Assembly (NCBI GenBank): GCA_904063045.1
Contig: CAJFCJ010000004.1
Location: 609,498-673,497 of the forward strand
Source of the DNA: Dimorphilus gyrociliatus
Taxonomy: Eukaryota; Animalia; Annelida
Direction: 5' to 3'
DNA length: 64,000 nt
In this document: piece by piece, positions 37,973 to 50,507 of the stretch
How the letters are laid out: each line of letters starts with the position of its first letter
Position numbering within the stretch: the stretch's first letter is position 1
Made by a program: the position numbers and the translations under genes
The notes under the pieces: model-generated
Database searches by the model: none
Seen by the model: the letters and a program-made list of their open reading frames with translations, nothing else
Told to the model about the DNA's origin: nothing

Positions 37973-39286
37973 ATGTCTATCAAAAATATTATTATAAACT
38001 TTATATGTATTGTTATGGCTTTGAACATACCCTTAATCTATGGTGACGCCGAAGGATTATCAGACTTTGTATCATTTACTAACAAAGGACCAAATGATGT
38101 GATTTTCATCATGGATAGATCAACGAGTGTTGAAAATACACTTTTTTATAGAAATAATAGAAGATTAACGGAAACGTTAATAAAAAATTTTATGCCGGTT
38201 GGTAATTTATCTAGAATAGCAGCTGTAACTTTTGGAAAAGATGCTACAAACGATTTTGACTATATATCGCCGGCGAATAATATTCAAAGGCCTACCAAAT
38301 GCGAATTGCAAGACGATTTTAACAAAATACTCTTCAAATCGGAAGATCATTTTGCCAAAGGTTTCAATATTTCTGGGGCATTAAGTCTGGCTTCAGACGC
38401 TTTGAAAGAAGGCCGACAGAACAGGTTTAACGTAACCCAGCTAATAGTACTCATGTCTGATGGCGATTATAATAAGGAACAAGATCCAAAAACAATTATT
38501 GAGCAGTTAGAAAATGATAATGTATATGTGTTCGTTGTTGGAATTGGTTGGTGGTTAGAAGTGGGCAATATGAGAACATTAGCTACTAAAGATGAGTATT
38601 ATGGCGATATTGACCAATGGATGGATTTTTCAGAATCGAATAACAGTTTTACGTATTTTAAAAGTAAGTGAATAATTGACATTTTAAACGATGCGTCATA
38701 TGTTTTCAATTGGTCACTTCTCATCTCTCTCTCTCTCTCTCTTTCTTTCTTTCATTTTCTCTACTTTTAGAGGTTACTCATTAAAAAAAGGAGTGAGGAT
38801 ATTAGAAAACAGAAAATAAGATCACCTTAATCTTACGTTTTTAGTTAATAATCAACAATCCCCTAAATACTGCTATTTCAATATAACTAATTAATAATAG
38901 AGCAGTTGATAGAACTTGATAGAAGAAAAAAAAAATCACTCAAACTCGATTTTTAAGTTAATAATCAATAATCCCTAAATATTACTATTTCTATATAATT
39001 AATCAATGAAAAAGTGTTTAGTAACTTAAGAGAAGAAAAAAAAATCAATATCGAACAAATTTTTAACATAAAAACGTTGTTTACGTTACAATTCCATTCA
39101 AAATATATGACTTTCCTACACTAAACTATTTCAAGCTTTCTATTTGTGATCTGGAATTTTAGTAAATAACTTAACAAAAAAAAACATTTTGATACAAGAT
39201 GACTAACAAACAAATAGTGTACTTTTTTTTTATTGTACTAGCTCTATTCACATTAATATCCTCTTCTCGTAAAAGAAAACCTATAT

Positions 39287-39333
<47 letters not shown>

Positions 39334-41165
39334 ATAAATACAGATTATATTAGATATCTAAACGATGTTTTAAACAAACATTCGAAACAAGAATATAAAA
39401 AAAATTAAATTCTATAGACAAAATTAACGCTTTAATATAATATTTATATTAATTGTACATATATATATAATGATAAGATATATATATATATTTATAAGTA
39501 AATCTCTAAATAGACTTTAAGTTTCTTCTAACCCGGCCCCGTCTCACCTCCTCTCCGATCTCTCTCTCTCTCTCTCTCACACACACACTCTCTTATGCTA
39601 TTCAACATGTTTCTTGCTCTATTTGTATTTTTATTGATATTCTCCATACTATAAAGATTTTGAAGATAAATATTAGAGCTTTGGGAAAAAAATTTTTGGA
39701 AAACAACTTCAGCATTTTTTCAAAATAATACAATCTATTAAATATTAATTTAACAAAATAGGCCTAAAGGGTGTGGAATGTCGATATATGACTAATTTTG
39801 TGGTCAATGATTACGTACCCTTACAAGGGGTATTAATAATCAATATTTATAGCCTATAGATATTTTTCTATCATTTTCTATAGTAAGATATGTCGCAATA
39901 TTTTGTATTTTCTCTTCATATTACAGATACTCCAACAATTTATCAACCTTTTATAACAAATTCTCAACTAGAATGCAATCTTTTGAAGTCGCAGACAGTA
40001 AATATATCAGAAAAAATTCAAAGTAAGTATGACCTAATTAATTTATTTATAATCACTCATATTATATATCTATATATATTTATATAATGTAAACAAAACA
40101 TATTTCTATGATACAGATGTACAACTGCAAAATTGTAGTCAATATTCGTGTAAAAATGGAGGAAAGTGTATGAAAACATATGATTCCGTTATTTGTGTTT
40201 GTCCATGGGGATTCGATGGTGTATTTTGTGAAACAGAGGTGAATGTCTGTCAATATGATACTTTATGCGAAAATGGAGGAATATGTTATATCCACGAAAA
40301 TGATAGAAGAAAAGGATTCCGTTGTGACTGTAAGACTGGTACTAGTGGCTACAAATGTTCAAATGTAAAAAAACCATCAACAACAAAGCAAACTGAGCCA
40401 ACAACTAAGCAAACTGAGCCAACAACATTAAAAACAACTGAAAGACGTTAGTATAGATAGTGTATACATATATAGCAGTTGAAATATCTTTTAAGGCGTT
40501 CAAATGACTTAAATTCGCAAGGTCAATAAAAGACGCCTGACTTTATAAATATGTTAAATATATATTGAATTTTTTATTATTATTTTCAGCATCTAATGGA
40601 CCAATTGTAACTGAGAAAACAACTGTTAAAGATTTTCCATACGGTCCAGTTATAGGATCTCTGTGCGGAGCGCTTTTATTGCTCTTAATTATTGGCTTAA
40701 TTGTAATCTTTATTGTCATTCGGCGCCGAAGGGTAAAGAGTGGTGATGATAAGCCTATAATTATTAAAAAAGAAATGATGACTGGAACTGACGCAATAGA
40801 AAATGGATTATATTCCAATAACAAAGTACCGGATAAAGAGTAAGTTCTCTCTAAAGCTTCCATTTTCTCCCTCTCCCTCTTTCGCTCACTCTTTTTCTCT
40901 TTAATTAGTATATTTATGAATATTTATATGATTTCATTAGGGATCCAACCGTTCCACCTATGAGACAGGATAGTAATTTAGATGAAAACGTCTACGAATC
41001 CTTGGAAACTGTGCATACAGTTTCAGAGGCAGTTTATGAGTACGATGTAAGTATATACGTTTATCTGTAATCATCTTCTGTATATTAAATCTCAACGTAA
41101 TATTTTCACAATAATACGGTTAGTTCAATAGAGATAAAAATGTTGAGATGGAATCAAAATCTTAG
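37973..41165 (+). CDS. Type-I membrane protein: signal peptide, VWA, 2 EGF, Thr-rich stalk, TM, Tyr-motif tail
   Basis: Exons 37973..38663, 39927..40022, 40117..40446, 40590..40839, 40941..41046, and a tentative last exon 41124..41165; phases 1,1,1,2,0 all join in frame. VWA DVIFIMDRSTS...LMSDG; two canonical EGF Cys patterns; TM VIGSLCGALLLLLIIGLIVIFIVI. The last exon is uncertain. Confidence 0.82.
39288..39330 (+). repeat. (AT)n microsatellite
   Basis: About 21 AT units in intron 1 of the VWA-EGF gene. Confidence 0.92.
40381..40422 (+). repeat. Coding 21-bp tandem repeat (TTKQTEP x2) in the mucin-like stalk
   Basis: caacaaagcaaactgagccaa / caactaagcaaactgagccaa, followed by a degenerate third unit. 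Confidence 0.85.
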
Positions 41166-41620
41166 GGGGGTCCGGGTAAAGGGTTAATGTAGGAATGGAA
41201 AAGATCCTTTGGTTTATTTTGGTACGCCTAAAAACAACTTGAAGCAAGTCTGTTTTTATTTGTAGATTTAGCCTGCTTTTTTTTTCTCTTTTACGCCTTT
41301 TGAACCTCAAAGAAAAAGAGCAACAAGAAGAAAAAATAGGGAGAAAGAGAAAAAAAGGGAAATTTAATCTTTTCCCACCATATTATACTGTATATATAAC
41401 TTCAAGATTTATATTCAGTGTAAATAAAAATTTATTATACGGAATAAAACATTTAATAGGAGAAACTACAGAATCTTTGGCAATTAATAATTTTAGTTGA
41501 AACAGATGTAGTTAATAGTCGATAGTAGGATAATTATTCTCTCTTTTATTCTGTTAACTTATGATAATGAATGTCGTTCATAACATATTTCTTTTTTTTA
41601 TAAAGGTAATGTACGCTTGC

Positions 41621-42001
41621 ATGAAGAATTGGCAAAGTTATATTGATAAACTAAGCGAACATGGAAAAATTAAGAAAGCAGCTCTAATTAAGAAAGATTT
41701 TACTAAGCAGGCAACATCAAAGAACTTTTTAATAAGCATCTCCGAAATTTATCAACTGATTGATTTAGTCGAAAATTCGTACGATGAAGAAGCAATTACA
41801 ATTCAGGGATGCGAATATAAATTAAATAAAGGGTTTAATAATTTTATTACGGGATTAGCTACTGATCAGCTAACTTCGTTTGCGATTGCTCAAACGAAAT
41901 TCTTCATTGTTATTGCTATCGCAAAATATCCTGATCAAGAAAAGAATGATCTTAAAGAGGTTGAATGGATTTACAATCATGTTCTAGAAGAAGGCTTCTA
42001 A
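41621..42001 (+). CDS. Divergent profilin-family protein (about 126 aa), intronless CDS
   Basis: N-terminal WQSYID, KAALI, ITIQGCEY, AQTKFFIVIA and C-terminal VEWIYNHVLEEGF match the profilin pattern and length. Start could be 41609 or 41621. Confidence 0.75.
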   Translation: MKNWQSYIDKLSEHGKIKKAALIKKDFTKQATSKNFLISISEIYQLIDLVENSYDEEAITIQGCEYKLNKGFNNFITGLATDQLTSFAIAQTKFFIVIAIAKYPDQEKNDLKEVEWIYNHVLEEGF

Positions 42002-43452
42002 AAGATAACTAATTGAGATTGACATAATTTGTATAACCATTCAATTATTTTTCTTAAAGCTATTAAATGGCACCGATAAATTTTTATATTGTAAGAAAAT
42101 GAAAGAAACGTGAATATTACAATATTCGACATTTTCTACTTAAAACATTAGATCACTCTGTCTAAATAAGATAAAGCTCAAAGCTGAATATATTTGATAT
42201 ACTTCTATTCCCAATAGCTGCCTTCCTATTTTTATTTATTTTTTTTATTTTCCCGTATACTTAAAGATAAAATTAAATGTTATCTATCATATTTATACAT
42301 TTTGAATATTCATTCTATTATTTTGTTATTTGTTGATTTTGTTTTCTTTCTATCAGGAGGTGCTGATTATTTTACCAAACCAAATAAAAATACACTTGTT
42401 ACTGTTTTGTATTCCTATTGTTTACATTATTGTTTTTTTTATAGCTTTTGTTGTTCTTATTCTAGAATACTATACTAAAATAAATAAACAGATAAAACAC
42501 GAAATATTAATTCGTTATTCCTTTTAAATATTCTATAGTACTGCAAGTTTACTAAAAAGTCTTTACTCTTGCCTTCTTTCTTTTAAATAGAATTTTGACT
42601 ATCGAAAATGACCCTTTGTAAATTATAAATAATCTATTGTTACCAACGTGACTTGATTATCAAACGAGACTTGGAAAGAAGAGTAGAGAGTGTGTAGTGT
42701 GTGTGAGAAAGAGAGAGAGAAAACAATTTAAAGACTAGTTGAATTTAAAAAAAATAAACAAACTTTCTAAATGAATGATATAATAAAAATATATTAAAAT
42801 AAATACTAAAAGGCTAAACAATGGACTAATTAAGTCTATACTTTATATTATCTCCATAGTCAGTTACTTAAAAAATCAGAAAGAAATCCTTGTTCTTTAT
42901 AGTGCATATAACTAGTAATTGGAGAGAGAGAGAGAGAGGGGGAGAGCGAAAGAAAGATATTAATAGTTATAAAAAGGATACTATCTAAATATCGAAATAC
43001 GCTTATTCTACTTCAATATTTACCACTGAAAAGGAATTATAGAAATGTATAAGAGCATGAAAATAAGCTTATATGTAGTTTGCAAAGTTTTGATACGATA
43101 CAGCAAAGAACACTTGTTGCAGACATATGCGTTATTTAAATACAAAAATAATTCTATAGTATAATAGAGCAAGAACAAATAAATTCAGCACCGACGCAGA
43201 ACTGCCTTTTTACCATAGGCGGCACTGCAATAAAGAAAAAGAAACGCTTCGTAGTCTCTCTCAGCCATGGACTGTTGGAGAGCAATGAAACATTGTAATT
43301 TTATTTTTTCTATATAATTTTATTTTCTCGAATAAACTTAAAGAAAACAGGAGCAACATTAATAGATAGAAAAAGAGGGAAAGACAGTGAATGAATGATA
43401 GAAACGGATAAAAAAGTAAATAAGTTAAGATAAAATAAGGAAAAGAGAGAAA

Positions 43453-45235
43453 ATGTCGGAATATGAAGATTACTATTCTATGGACAATTATTCTTATTAT
43501 GATATTTATATCGATAACTTCCCCGAACCTGAAGTTGATACTGAACAGTTGATAACTCTTTGGATATCAAATAATTTAACACCTATTTTATTCACTATTG
43601 GTATAATTGGTAATTTGGCAATTATATTTATAATGATGAAAGCCGAGGAAAGAACTACGAAAGTATGTAAATATCTTGTCATTCTAGGTAAGAAACAATT
43701 TTCTCTTTTTGCATCATATATTAATTAATTTATATCTCTTTTGCGTCTCCATTCCCCTATCCTCCTCCTCTTCTTCTGCATACTCTCCAGGTGTTCTTGA
43801 TATTATTGCTCTTATATTCCAATGTGTTTTTCCTTGGATTCATCATTATTGGGGCCTTCAAATAATAAACCTACTTAGCAGCAGATCGGATGCTTCTTGC
43901 AAAGTTTATATATTTATAAACGGATTAGTTCGTCATCTACCGTCGTTCTATACAGCCGCCTCAGTATCAGAGATACTATGGGTTGTACGTAAACCTGTAA
44001 GGAATATGAAACTAACATCGGAAAGAATTATGAACGTAGGCCTGTTTTTATTAACGGTTTGCTAAAGAATATTGAATTTTCTGTATTATTATCAATCGAA
44101 TATTAGAACGTAAACCAAGTAACGATAGGCTAATGGCACGTAAATTTACGTAAGATGACGTAATAGATAACTTAAATTAAAAAGTATACTACTACTCTAT
44201 ATGCTCTTCTTCTTTCAGCCCACAGACTATTTAACTTTATATAATACCTATTGAATTTAGAATTTTACTCTGAACATGCAAACTATTCCATTTTAGGTTT
44301 TTTTCTATATAATTGAATTTAAATTGGTTCAGTTGATAACCTATTAATAATTTATTGAAAAACTTACTCGACTTTGTTGTTTGATATTTAAATTACTTAG
44401 TCACAGCGGTTTTATTAAGAAATTCCTTAAGGGGACCTATCCTTTTTTTTTCACTTTACCCTTCCTCACCTCTTCCCTCTCTCCGTCAAACACAAGCACA
44501 AAGCATAACGCCATCTATAAGCTAAGTTGTTTTTTCATAAATTCGATATTCTTTAAAACTGATATGTATATTTGTGAACGGACATTGTTTTTGGACATTT
44601 GCCTTACATTCAACTCATATTAATGTTGGAGGGGAAGATAAGACGATTGTTTATTGTACCTTCACAGAAGTTGGAGGTAGAGATTTTCAAAGCGTTAGAA
44701 GACCTTTTCAAATTGTCATTTGGCCTCTTTTAAATCTAAGTGCAGAATCTGTTTTGTCGTACGTTATCCTTCTAGTAAGTGCTATAAAATACGCAAGAGC
44801 AAGTCCGGAGAGGAATAATGTCTCTAAATACGTAATAGATGCCAAAGCATTTTTAAGCTTGAATCGTTTAGCTATAAGCTTAGGTTTGTAAATTATCTTA
44901 AAACTATCGTTTCCTTTAATGTATTAATCTTTTTCTTTTTCCTCTCCTCAGCTATATTCCACGTGATCTTAAACATACCCCAAACTATTTATATTATATT
45001 CGATCTAATAAGGGAACGCTATTTGAAACTTTCATCAATTGAAATGAAATTGGCGTTAATTTCAACCATCTGTGATACTTTATTAAAGATTAGCAGAAGT
45101 TGTAAATTCCTTGTCTACTTTTTCAGCTGGTCCTATTTTAGATCAACTATAAAAAATATTGCTTTAACATTGTGTAGAAAGATAACATTTAAACGAAAGC
45201 GAAATTCAACAGTTTCATTTCTAAGAAGATCATAA
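43453..45235 (+). CDS. Rhodopsin-class peptide-receptor-like GPCR (about 368 aa), atypical
   Basis: Exons 43453..43687, 43791..44056, 44562..44883, 44952..45235. Seven hydrophobic segments; TM1 GIIGN, TM3 CKV, TM4 NGHCFWT, TM6 ILNIPQ, post-TM7 SWSYFR. The intron 2 acceptor is non-canonical (TG), so it could be a pseudogene or a sequence error. Confidence 0.75.
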
Positions 45236-45749
45236 GTAATGAAAGTTCATCAAAGAAAATTCAATTATTAAAGAAATGTTTAATTTATCATTTGTAATTG
45301 CTTTTGGGTAATATTTTCAAATCTTATTCAAGTGATGTTTTACCCATTGATATTTCATGTAATCGTTGAATATGATACTGTCTATTTTGTAATGTTTCGT
45401 AATGTTGGTGGAAAGAATTAAGAAGATTTATTATACTAAATATATTTATTCGATTAATTTATTTCTTACTTTTATCATAATTATTTGCTCTTGATATAAA
45501 GCTTCCATAAAACTGGAGAGATTATATAGTAGCTTCGTGTATAATTTTGCCTTTTGACAATTGATACAGATAACATCAATTTAAGACTAATGATATCATT
45601 TTGGCTATCTGCCAAAGATATCTTGTGGAAGTTTCTACAAAGTTTATTAAGATGAATTACATTCGTTTTAGTGTTGGAAGCTTCTTTTTGGGTTTTTTCA
45701 ACAATATTTTCGATTATATAATACTAAAAGCCGTAAGATTTCAACCGTT

Positions 45750-45821
45750 GGGGGTATAGCTCAGTGGCAGAGCATTCGACTGCAGATCGAGAGGTCCCCG
45801 GTTCAAATCCGGGTGCCCCCT
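45750..45821 (+). tRNA. trnC-GCA: tRNA-Cys (GCA)
   Basis: GGGGGTA acceptor stem pairs with TGCCCCC; D arm AGCTCAGTGGCAGAGC; anticodon loop CTGCAGA (GCA at 45782..45784); T loop GGTTCAAATCC; oligo-T Pol III terminator at about 45830..45838. Confidence 0.97.
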
Positions 45822-47177
45822 TGGATTATATTTTTTTTCAGTAGTTTAAGAAAAATAGCCAGTTAATGGCTTTTTCAATACCCCTGGGAGAACTTATTTT
45901 TCGTTAATAAGATAAGGAAATAGATAATATATTTTCAGTCTGTTAGTCATCGAACGACATTCTATTTAAGGCGGAAACGTTGTCTGTACTTATAGGCGTA
46001 CCTGAAATCTAAAATTAAACTATTATATTGTAGAATTTCTCTTTAATAAGTTGTTTGTTAAGATTCAAATAAAGATAGCTAGTTATTATAGTCAAAGCAA
46101 TACTTGACTACTTTTATAAGTATTAGTATTTCAACAAAATATTTCCCAATTTTTTCCTAGTCGACTCCAGATTACAGAACCAGATTTAGAAGATCGATAA
46201 TTACCGTATAGGGATTAATAAGTATCTGACGAATTCTCATATTTATCAAGTAAAATTTCTGCATACTATTAAGCTTAGGTTGGATTGTTAGAAGCAAGAG
46301 CTCCCTTTTTTTTAGATACTTTGGAGGTTTTTATGTAATACTGTTTGTTTAATGATCTATATATTGCGTTTCTAGGGTTATTGATTAATTAGAAAGTTAA
46401 TTCGGAAATTTTTTTCTATTTCTCTCTATTTTAAGAGAATGAGATTAAATATTCCTTTTATGCTGATTTCACTTCCTATTATCAATAATCAGTTAAAAAA
46501 AATATAACGTAATTTTGACTGAAGTGGTAAACTTTCTCTTTTTCTCTCTCTGGGTAGTAAATAATGTGACTAATAGACATATAAATATCCTTTATAGCAA
46601 ATATACTATAGAGGCCGAAAATTAGATAGCTTATTTTTGTACAACGTAGCATGAATCATAAAGATAAAATATAATTACACAATATTTGAAATTAATTGAA
46701 TAAGTTAGCGAAGAACTAACAAACCGTATTGTTTGTCAATTCCAATATTTTATCCTCTAGAAGATATTTACAAATAGCTAGCTCTATAAAAAAAACAGAA
46801 AATTATTAATAATATAATTGTTGTAGCAATGTTTCATTTGAATCTGCTATAAATTGATCCGATACAGACATATAGATCAAAAGTATAATTTAATAGTGTC
46901 TCCTTTTTTAGGAGTATAGAGGAAAGAAATGGGGATGATAAAAAATTAATAACCTCTAGTAGAATCTTGAGCAGGACGTGGATGAAAATTTATTCTAGCT
47001 TTTGTTTTTAAAATAATACACGGGAAACGAAGACGTGACATAAGTCATTAAAGCATAAGGTATCTACATTCAAATTTACATTCCACAAAGACAGATTAAG
47101 TCCCATATATTTATATATTTCTCAGGAAAATATTATATTTAAGCTATTTTTCCTGCTCTAAATTCTCATCGAAATAA

Positions 47178-47818
47178 TTACTTCTCTTCACACCATTCGT
47201 TCTCACGTCTAACTTGTTCCTCTTCGGCCGGTGTAAAGTCATTCTTGATGTTGAAAGTCTTCCTAATTTCCTCAGGACTCTTACCTTTTATCATGTTGGC
47301 AACTGTTTTGCAGGTCACATCAAGAAGACCCTTAATATCCAAATAATTCGCAGCCAATATTAACTCAAATAGAGTACCTGAATTTAAAAGCATATATAAA
47401 GGATCTATTAGAATAAAGCATATTGAAAAATAGGACACGCAGACTTAAATAATTAACAAAGAAGTGGAAAAACGTTCTACACTTCAATCGAATTTACGAA
47501 TAAGGAAAGCAACTGTTAGATTTACATACCTTGATCTACTTTCAAAAAGTCAGCATCCCAGCTTGAAATATCGTCGGTTCTTTTCTCTTTGTTTTCATCG
47601 TCTTCTGGCGGTGGAGGATCGTCTTTATGGAATGTGCACCATTGGATAACTCGTTTTAAGATGGCAGCGTTGACGTTTGGTAATGGAACAACTTCATCGT
47701 CTTCATCGTCCATGCCTAAATCCTCCAACATGGTCTTTATTGTATTAGACTGTTTTGCTATCTCTACGTCAACCTCAAATATTTCACCATCAGAGCTGCT
47801 TAATTTTATGTTAGGCAT
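47178..47818 (-). CDS. SKP1: S-phase kinase-associated protein 1 (162 aa)
   Basis: Exons 47818..47530 and 47377..47178 with a phase-1 intron (gtatgt..ttcag). [24 protein letters not shown]...FLKVDQG|[19 protein letters not shown]...ENEWCEEK* is near-identical to canonical SKP1. Confidence 0.98.
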
Positions 47819-49926
47819 ACTGGCTTTTTAGTATTTCAACAGAAAGACAAATAAAGAATATAAATTTCCTTGAATATCTTGTTAGGAGATTCAATTGAGC
47901 ACGATATCACACCAGTCAAGACCTATTTTAAAATTGAAATGTCGGGTTGGGTAGGACTAAATTTGCCATGGTTAGTGCTACCAGTACTGTTATGTTCTTC
48001 CCACACGAAAGAAAAATTATATTTAAGTAATAAAACCGCTCTTTTACACATTTTAGCTTTAAATTTAATCAAATTATTTAGTTTTGTCTTCGATATTTTA
48101 TTCAATTTTGCAGATAAAGTTAAAAATATATCCTACTGTTAACGACATTGACTAAAAATAAACAATTTCAAAAAATTAAAGATAACTATTATGCATAGAT
48201 TTAAAAAAGTAATGAAAATTTCTATCTTTAGCACTGCAGTAAACTGCATATTTTTGGTTGCAATTCATAGATGGAATTTAGAACTAACCGGATATGAGAG
48301 TTTCCTTAACAACTGTTGTTAAAAGAGACGAATTTCATAATAAAATAATAAAATTATGTAGCTTAAATGTATCATTTAATTACTAATAAAAAAACATTAT
48401 AATCCTGTGACTCAAATTAGAAAACTTCAAGTCTTCTAAAAAGTCACATTTTTCCAACTTTTTAATATATTCTAATATTTTATCTGGTTAAACAGTACAA
48501 TCTCTACTATTTCGAATGGCTCTTTACAATTCGTAGGTTTATATTGGGGAGAATAAAAGTTCCTAGATGCAATATTATTAAATTTTGATCTCAAAAAGAA
48601 ATTCGACACATTTTCTTTAACATAAATTTTACTGTTTTATTATAGATTTAATTAACAAACAAAATATAAATAAATATATGTAACAAATTTTAATTGGTAA
48701 ACAACACATCATAAATATTTTCGGACATGATTTGTAAACTCTTAGAGAGTAGTTGCTAAGATAATATTATGACCATATAAAAGTTTGGAACTATAAAACA
48801 AGAAGATTCTAAAAGTTACCAAAGACAATGGAACGTTTGTAGACTGGTATATTTAAGATACTTAAACTGACTTTAAACTTTTAATATAACAGATTTCTCA
48901 TCAAAAGTGTAAAACATAAGATGAGGTAAAGACAAAGTATGTTAAAGCTCCTAATATCTTAAAGAATAAGAGATCATAAATAAATTTGAAAATAACAGTA
49001 CTAATGAAAAAGAGAAGAGAAAGTAGGAGTATCAGCCATAAAAGGGATTCTAAAATATACACAAATGTACATTTTAAATTGTTATTACTCATATAGAAAA
49101 TAAATGAGAATATAATAGCAGCATTGATAATACTATCTTCTCCCCACTACAGTTTATAAATTTCTCTTTTTAAGAGCTATAGGAAATTTGAAACAAGATT
49201 TTGATATCATTTTCCCATAAAATGATAATTAATTTGTACTCGAACTATTTCAATTTAAGAATTTAGCTGGTTACTGAATTACAAAGTAATAAATTATGCC
49301 TTTTAGCTGGAATTAATGATCCAGGCTGTTGACTTTTAAGAGTACTTGAACTTGTACTTGAAAGATTTCAGCTTCATCTTAAAATCTGGACACTGACTAA
49401 ATAGTTTATTTGATAGCTTGAAAGTTTGATTAAGTGAGTCTTGCCACCAACTTCATCATGTTTATATAGTATCTATAATTTTGAGAATGCTCTTTAAATG
49501 TTATACTAAGCAAAGTACTAAAATATATAAAACAAGATTGAGGATGTGAAACTAATTTTATGCTTAAATTGGAAAAGTTTCCCATAATTATAATGTCTTT
49601 CTTAGCGCGGGACACTGATTATTTTAATTATCTAGTAATTCATCAATTTCCATCGTAACAAGTCACTTCTCTTTCCAAATTTATTCAAATTAAGAGCATT
49701 GAGAGCTGTTTATTACTCAAGATTATTCATGTAATTATAAAGCGTTATAAGGGGAATCTTTCTCTGTCTTATTATCTATCATTGCACAGGAGAACCAATA
49801 TACTTAAATACTCTAATATTTGAGTTTTAATATTTTTGGCCTACACTCTCGAGTCACGTGCAATGAGGAATCGAGCTCCGCTTTTAAATTACTGTATATA
49901 AATTTATGTGGAGCCGGATATCGACT

Positions 49927-49940
49927 TTTTCCATGACAAC
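49927..49940 (+). promoter_or_regulatory. X-box-like (RFX) motif 15 nt upstream of the EFCAB10 ATG
   Basis: ttttccatgacaac (right half matches RRNRAC, left half imperfect); similar tttccatcgtaac at about 49647. Confidence 0.3.
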
Positions 49941-49955
49941 ACATAAATCTTCAAG

Positions 49956-50507
49956 ATGTCCGTAGGAACATGTCCCAGAGAAGAACAGTCAAGAGGTTTC
50001 TTAGAAGAACATCGAATTCCCGAATTGTTCAATAACCTGACATCGCAACTGATCTTTCATAGACCAGATGATCCTCGTGATTTTATGATACAAACATTAG
50101 AGTCTCTCAAGCAAGCAAGAACCACTGGAATTGATCATCCTTGTCTGTTCGACGATTCGAATATTGAAAGTGTATTTGGGATGCTGGACCCAAATACTAC
50201 TGGCTACATTCGTCTAGCACAATATAAAGCAGGTACAAAGAGAACCAACTTTCATAAAATTTTCATGTAGAAAGAGAACTCTATAGATTTAATATCTTTG
50301 CAGGACTAATTACTTTGGGTATCAACAAATTCAATGAACATCCTCCAGGGAGTGAAATGGATCGGATATCTTTGGCAGCCTTTAAGAAAGAAGCGTGAGT
50401 TTAATTCTATTCCTGAAAGATATATACTAATAATTTTTAATTTCTCCCTCCAAAAATATAGGAAAATAGGCCTATCGAAATGCTCATCAACTTTTAAACA
50501 ATCATAA
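49956..50507 (+). CDS. EFCAB10: EF-hand calcium-binding domain protein 10-like (RIIa/DD-like domain plus EF hand), 137 aa
   Basis: Exons 49956..50232, 50304..50394, 50462..50507. FLEEHRIPELFNNLTSQLIFHRPDDPRDFMIQTLE (DD-like), FDDSNIESVFGMLDPNTTGYI, QYKAGLITLGI. Confidence 0.85.

Noticed and set aside
47870-48142. ORF with WVGLNLPWLVLPVLL, resembling an EXPERA/TM6SF-type helix
   Set aside because: Isolated short match antisense to the SKP1 5' region with no other exons; probably coincidental.
49260-49620. Coding-like composition on - upstream of EFCAB10
   Set aside because: All frames interrupted by stops and nothing recognisable; at most a decayed relic.
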